Source: Candidatus Daviesbacteria bacterium
GTDB taxonomy: Bacteria; Patescibacteriota; Microgenomatia; Daviesbacterales; UBA10151
Reading direction: 5' to 3'
DNA length: 43,913 bases
Assembly (NCBI GenBank): GCA_016186985.1
Contig: JACPKO010000038.1
Coordinates: 1 to 43,913, forward strand
Below are positions 39,957-43,913 of the stretch, in pieces; within the stretch, counting starts at the first letter, position 1, and every line of letters begins with the position of its first letter. Under the pieces are notes generated by a model that saw nothing but the letters and a program-made list of their open reading frames with translations, ran no database searches and was not told where the DNA came from. The translations under genes were made by a program, and so were the position numbers.

Positions 39957-40508
39957 TTAAAAAGCCCTTGTCCCTAAACTAACAAAGAAAATACCTGCTG
40001 TGTTTAATATGTAAGTTAAAATCAAAAGCTGTATATACTTTAATTTACTCGCCCCTAACATCATAAGTCCCAGTTCATCAGGAAAGGGGGAGGCAATAAT
40101 TAAAACTCCAAGGAGCGGCGCAAGATGGCTAAAGTGGGAATGGTGAAAAAAACGGAAAGCGCGTTTTAACTTCAAAGTTTTTTCCAGGGTTTTAAAATCG
40201 TCAAAAAAGCTGTTCCTGAAAATACTGACTATTAATATATCTCCAACCGCTGCCCCAACCCCTCCAATCAAGGCAATTTGCAAAGGACTGGTTGACTGGG
40301 ATAAGACATAAAAAAGGGCAATAGAAAAAGGCGTGGTTAAAAAAGAGGTAAAAAGCATACCAGCAACAAATTCGGCTAAGTATTGTACCGGGGTGACTTT
40401 GGCAATAAAGGAATCTACAGAACCATTTTGTATTAAAAGATAAGCAAAAAAACAACTTACCAGAAAAATTATAAAGTCAGCTATGAGTTTTTTCACTTTT
40501 TTTGACAT
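39957..40508 (-). CDS. Integral membrane protein (VTT/DedA-like)
   Basis: Multiple TM segments, GGVGAAVGD, SPFPDE. Confidence 0.75.
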   Translation of the reverse strand: MSKKVKKLIADFIIFLVSCFFAYLLIQNGSVDSFIAKVTPVQYLAEFVAGMLFTSFLTTPFSIALFYVLSQSTSPLQIALIGGVGAAVGDILIVSIFRNSFFDDFKTLEKTLKLKRAFRFFHHSHFSHLAPLLGVLIIASPFPDELGLMMLGASKLKYIQLLILTYILNTAGIFFVSLGTRAF

Positions 40509-40543
40509 ATTGTAATCTTACCAAATTATGTATAATAAATTTA

Positions 40544-40930
40544 ATGGGACTGCTCATCTCACTGCTTTTAAATACACTGGCTTTAATCATAACGGCTTAT
40601 ATCGTACCGGGCATTAAGGTTGATACATTCACATCAGCCCTGCTCGCAGCAATTGTTTTAGGGATAATTAACACTTTCATAAAACCTGTATTGGTGCTTT
40701 TAACTCTACCTCTAACAATAATTACTTTGGGCCTGTTTATTTTTATTGTAAACGCTATTGTTTTAAGAGTAACAACCATTTTTGTACCAGGGTTTATGGT
40801 TGACGGCTGGGTACCAGCAATACTTGGGGCAATAGTCCTCTCCATCGCTTCTACTATATTATCCACTTTAGTCAAGGACTTCTCCCTTTTTAATTATCAA
40901 ATCAACATGTATCGCACTTATGACTTGTAA
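40544..40930 (+). CDS. YvlD/phage-holin-family 4-TM membrane protein
   Basis: AYIVPGI, LGIINTFIKPVL.LLTLPLTIITLGLF..IVNA; TATAAT 7 nt before ATG 40544. Confidence 0.88.
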   Translation: MGLLISLLLNTLALIITAYIVPGIKVDTFTSALLAAIVLGIINTFIKPVLVLLTLPLTIITLGLFIFIVNAIVLRVTTIFVPGFMVDGWVPAILGAIVLSIASTILSTLVKDFSLFNYQINMYRTYDL

Positions 40931-40961
40931 CATTTTGGCGCACGTGGCATGAAATGTTACA
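40926..40961. repeat. 36-bp dyad-symmetric repeat, copy 1
   Basis: tgtaacattttggcgcacgtggcatgaaatgttaca. Confidence 0.85.
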
Positions 40962-40965
40962 ATAA

Positions 40966-41511
40966 TTGATAGTGACATACGATAAGAAAGAGGTAGCCAA
41001 AAACATTCTAATAGCAATTGGGGTTGTAGGCGTTATTTCTGTAGTAATGGTTGCTCCAGGACTAGCCAAAGTTCTTCCTTTGCTCCAAAAAATAGATACC
41101 AGAAGAATTAATCAAGAACTAAAGCGGCTCCAAAAGAGAGGTTTGGTGGAAATAATAAAAAGAAAGAATGGATTACATTCTGTCAAACTCACCAAAGAAG
41201 GTAAAGAAAAACTTAAAAAGTTGCAGATTGATAATTTGGTTATTGAAAAACCTTTAAGGTGGGATGGTAGATGGAGAATTATTATTTTTGATATACCTAT
41301 TCTTAAAAATAATTCCAGGCAATTATTGCGCAAGAAAATGCAAAATTTAGGTTTCTATAAACTACAAAACAGCGTTTTTATTTATCCATATCCTTGCTTG
41401 GAAGTTGTAGAGTTTATCAGAAGTTATTTTGGAGTAAAAGAAGAAGTTACATATTTAGAGTCCAACTTATTAGAAAACCAGGAAAAAGTTATCTCCTATT
41501 TCTTTACGTAA
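40966..41511 (+). CDS. PaaX-like protein: hydrophobic N-terminus, wHTH and Cas2-fold domain
   Basis: LKRLQKRGLV...KLTKEG (wHTH); WDGRWRIIIFDIP...R..LR..M..LGF..LQNSVF (PaaX central, Cas2-like). Confidence 0.85.
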   Translation: MIVTYDKKEVAKNILIAIGVVGVISVVMVAPGLAKVLPLLQKIDTRRINQELKRLQKRGLVEIIKRKNGLHSVKLTKEGKEKLKKLQIDNLVIEKPLRWDGRWRIIIFDIPILKNNSRQLLRKKMQNLGFYKLQNSVFIYPYPCLEVVEFIRSYFGVKEEVTYLESNLLENQEKVISYFFT

Positions 41512-41542
41512 CACTTTGTACCACGTAATAAGAAATGTTACA
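41507..41542. repeat. 36-bp dyad-symmetric repeat, copy 2
   Basis: cgtaacactttgtaccacgtaataagaaatgttaca; 27/36 identical to copy 1 without gaps. Confidence 0.85.
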
Positions 41543-41599
41543 TTTTTGATTCAAAACAAGTTTATTCTTTATCTCTTAGTTGATTAATTATGAAAAACG

Positions 41600-41618
41600 T
41601 CCCACCTCGGAGGTGGGA
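41600..41618. repeat. 19-bp palindrome of the CACCTCGGAGGTG family
   Basis: tcccacctc-g-gaggtggga between convergent genes. Confidence 0.8.
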
Positions 41619-41628
41619 GTTTATATTT

Positions 41629-41925
41629 TTAATTCTGGAAAAAACCAAATGCGTATAAAAAAACCATAAATACTAAAATACTTATGGTAATAAATACTCC
41701 TACAAATATTAAAACTGATTTTATAGTGTTTAAGTGAAACAATACTCGCGACTTATCTCCTTCTGGACTAAAAGCTTGAGCTCTTGCTATTGCTACCATT
41801 GGAAAAGCAATCAGCATAAGTATAATTAAAAAATAATCTACCTCATCCAGGCTATAACCTTTTCCAATTCTTATAAGAAATACCAAGAGAGCTAAACAAG
41901 TCAAAAAAACAACAATTAACCGCAA
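41629..41925 (-). CDS. Hypothetical 3-TM membrane protein; true start possibly 41969 across a frameshift
   Basis: Three hydrophobic helices; see the finding on the A7 tract. Confidence 0.65.
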   Translation of the reverse strand: MRLIVVFLTCLALLVFLIRIGKGYSLDEVDYFLIILMLIAFPMVAIARAQAFSPEGDKSRVLFHLNTIKSVLIFVGVFITISILVFMVFLYAFGFFQN

Positions 41926-41969
41926 GTTTAAAAGTTTTACGAGAAGAGATTTTTTTGTTTTGCAGCCAT

Positions 41970-42944
41970 TTATCCTTTGCTTTTGGAGTGGAATGCTTTG
42001 TGGACTTCGCGCAATTGGCGGTTAGTAATATGAGTGTAAATCTGGGTCGTGGCGATATTGGAGTGGCCCAACATCTCCTGGACTGATCGGATATCGGCCC
42101 CGTTTATTAATAAGTCAGTTGCAAAACTGTGCCTTAAGGTATGGGGGGTAGCCTTAATACTCAAACCTGCCTGCCTGACATATTTTTCAACTATTCTTTC
42201 AATAGAACGCGTTGTAAGCCGCATATTCTCCCCGTCATCAGAAGAGTCCTGCCGCCCCTGAAAACGGATGAATAACGGATTGTACGAGTCTTTACGGACA
42301 TCCAGTGACTGCGCTATCGTATCGCAGGCTGAATCTGATAAAAACACAATCCTTTGCTTGCCTCCTTTACCTACTATAGGAAATTCTCTTCGTTCGAAGT
42401 TGATAGTATCCCGGTTTAGAGAAGCTAGTTCCGAGACCCGGAGTCCGGTTGAAAAAAGGGTTTCCAAAATCGCCTTATCCCGGAGTCCTTCAGGTGTACT
42501 TGGGTTAGGCGCAGCCAGCAATAATTCCAGATCGTAACTCTCTAAAACCTTAAGGGGCGAATCCTCGACCTCTCCCAGTTCAACTTTCTCCGGAGGCAAA
42601 CTGGCAACATCAATCCGGCTGAGATATTTTAAAAATGACCTTAAAGCAATCATAAAATAATTTTGGGTATTTCTCTTTAACGCCTGTTTTGTGTCAGGAT
42701 CAGTCCAGCGGGCAAGATGCAGACGGTACTTCTTAATAAGTTCCAGATTTATTTCTGAAGGATTAATTTCTCCTGCAAAATCTATAAAACGTATCAGATA
42801 ATGGTTATAATTTTCAATCGTATTTTGGGAAACATTCCTCTCAAGCTCAAGGTATTCTAAAAAGTCCAGCTTCAAAGAAGACAAACTAGCATGGACAGAT
42901 AGACCTGCTGGAGCAGATAGACCTGATAGGGCAGATGAACTCAT
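41970..42944 (-). CDS. XerC/XerD-like tyrosine recombinase
   Basis: FLEYLELER..S.NT..NY, TGLRVSEL, GKGGKQR, HTLRHSFAT, LGHSNIATTQIY. Confidence 0.95.
   Translation of the reverse strand: MSSSALSGLSAPAGLSVHASLSSLKLDFLEYLELERNVSQNTIENYNHYLIRFIDFAGEINPSEINLELIKKYRLHLARWTDPDTKQALKRNTQNYFMIALRSFLKYLSRIDVASLPPEKVELGEVEDSPLKVLESYDLELLLAAPNPSTPEGLRDKAILETLFSTGLRVSELASLNRDTINFERREFPIVGKGGKQRIVFLSDSACDTIAQSLDVRKDSYNPLFIRFQGRQDSSDDGENMRLTTRSIERIVEKYVRQAGLSIKATPHTLRHSFATDLLINGADIRSVQEMLGHSNIATTQIYTHITNRQLREVHKAFHSKSKG
42896..42940. repeat. Degenerate 9-bp tandem array forming the recombinase N-terminus
   Basis: cagatagac ctgctggag cagatagac ctgataggg cagatgaac. Confidence 0.65.
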
Positions 42945-42953
42945 AATGTTAGT

Positions 42954-43712
42954 CTAAAGAAACGCCAGTCCTGCAATCCCTGCTATTACTAAAACCACTC
43001 CTACTGCGGTAAGAATAATGGTATTGTCTAAAAGACCAGCTTTCCCGCCGGTAACATCATTTAAATTTGGTTTATAAACCTGATACTGGGCTGACTGGGT
43101 AGCCGGAGTGGTTCCCGGTAAGGTTTGTCCCTGTCCAACTATTGTGCCGGGACTCGGGCTAGCTGTAATTCCGGAGGCACAGGAGCCTGTTCCAACAGTA
43201 TAACTTCCGTTAGTGACTGCGCTCAAAACGTCGGCAATCGTACCCCGTTCCACAACATTAGTGTCGATAGTCTTTGTTTTATTATTCGGATCAAAATCAA
43301 AATTTAAATTAATTTTATCGTTTTCCTTTAGGGTACTGGCTACATTTAATTTTATAGTTGCGAAAGTTCCGGTTCCAGAAAAAGGGCTTGAAACAGAAGA
43401 AATACCGGAAATGCTGATTTTACCGCTTGGATCAACGGAATTTCCCGGGTATTCAGGATAAATTGTGCCGTTTGTTATTTGGGAAGTTGTAGTTGAAAGA
43501 TGGGCCGGGGTAAATAAAACTATGACATCCGTACCGTCAGTTTGGACTCCCTGGGTATCTAAATTAATTTTTATACTAATTTCGCACCCTTTATTTATAA
43601 CACCTGCCGAAGGGTCAAAGGTTAAAGTTGCAGCAAAAAGCGCAGAAGGGGATAACATTAAAAATCCAAAGCTACAAATTAAACCTATTAAAGATTTAAA
43701 TAATTTTTTCAT
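42954..43712 (-). CDS. Secreted cohesin-like domain protein with Pro/Thr linker and C-terminal TM anchor
   Basis: Signal peptide, AATLTFDP, TDGTDV, GTGTFATI, DTNVV...DVL. Confidence 0.75.
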   Translation of the reverse strand: MKKLFKSLIGLICSFGFLMLSPSALFAATLTFDPSAGVINKGCEISIKINLDTQGVQTDGTDVIVLFTPAHLSTTTSQITNGTIYPEYPGNSVDPSGKISISGISSVSSPFSGTGTFATIKLNVASTLKENDKINLNFDFDPNNKTKTIDTNVVERGTIADVLSAVTNGSYTVGTGSCASGITASPSPGTIVGQGQTLPGTTPATQSAQYQVYKPNLNDVTGGKAGLLDNTIILTAVGVVLVIAGIAGLAFL

Positions 43713-43912
43713 TTTGCCGCGGAAATAACTATATCAGCATTTTTGGCGCTTCCCAAAATATCCTGAGTGCTGCCGGTCAAAACAACATTTGAATCCGCAG
43801 TTTGACCTTTTTCAAAATCAACAGAAACTGTTGTCCGGCCGTCTTTTAAAGCTGTGAAATAAATTGTAGCAAAATTGCCCTCTCCCGTAAAACTCTCACT
43901 TCCGGGAACAGT
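43709..43912 (-). CDS. Second cohesin-like protein, C-terminal part only (not in the ORF track)
   Basis: Open frame TVPGSESFTGEGNFATIYFTALKDGRTTVSVDFEKGQTADSNVV...QDIL...SAAK*; TGA overlaps the next ATG. Confidence 0.75.
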   Translation of the reverse strand, partial: TVPGSESFTGEGNFATIYFTALKDGRTTVSVDFEKGQTADSNVVLTGSTQDILGSAKNADIVISAAK

Positions 43913-43913
43913 A

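Noticed and set aside
40544..40930. Prophage lysis gene
   Set aside because: The YvlD/holin family is common on chromosomes and there is no endolysin or phage context
41250..41264. 15-bp exact match (acctttaaggtggga) to 25103-25117
   Set aside because: Here it encodes the conserved KP..WDG motif; chance cannot be excluded
40926..41542. CRISPR array or cas locus
   Set aside because: Only two divergent repeats separated by a whole gene; no spacers of typical length and no cas1 or effector gene
41970..42944. Integron integrase or prophage integrase
   Set aside because: Looks like an ordinary XerC/D-type enzyme; no clear IntI-specific insertion, no canonical attC array and no phage genes

Overview
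AT-rich bacterial chromosomal segment in standard code 11. It is most likely from Patescibacteria/CPR (Microgenomates-like), an inference from gene content, SD-less and leaderless starts, a secretin-less pilus locus and cohesin-type surface proteins. Gene order: nusB, ACP-like, rnc, rpsP, khpA, trmD; a 17-gene type IV pilus locus on the minus strand (pilB, pilT, pilC, pilins, pilD, two minor-pilin sets, pilMNO); M23 and VanY-type peptidases; a TrmB-family regulator; a disrupted holB; gyrB; two GT4 glycosyltransferases; a nucleotidyltransferase-MurC fusion, murD, an alpha/beta hydrolase and a MurF-like ligase; eno; a disrupted gpmA; dsbA/dsbB-like genes; ddl; gyrA; a P-type ATPase; membrane proteins; a PaaX/Cas2-like gene; a XerC/D-like recombinase; and cohesin-domain proteins. 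No rRNA, tRNA, CRISPR array or transposase was seen. Three main signals stand out. (1) A wHTH + Cas2-fold gene is bracketed exactly by two 36-bp dyad-symmetric direct repeats, like a cassette, near a tyrosine recombinase. (2) Tiny palindromic elements and heptamer arrays are scattered through the window, inserted in frame into housekeeping genes and sometimes nested inside each other. (3) The ACP homolog lacks the phosphopantetheine serine.
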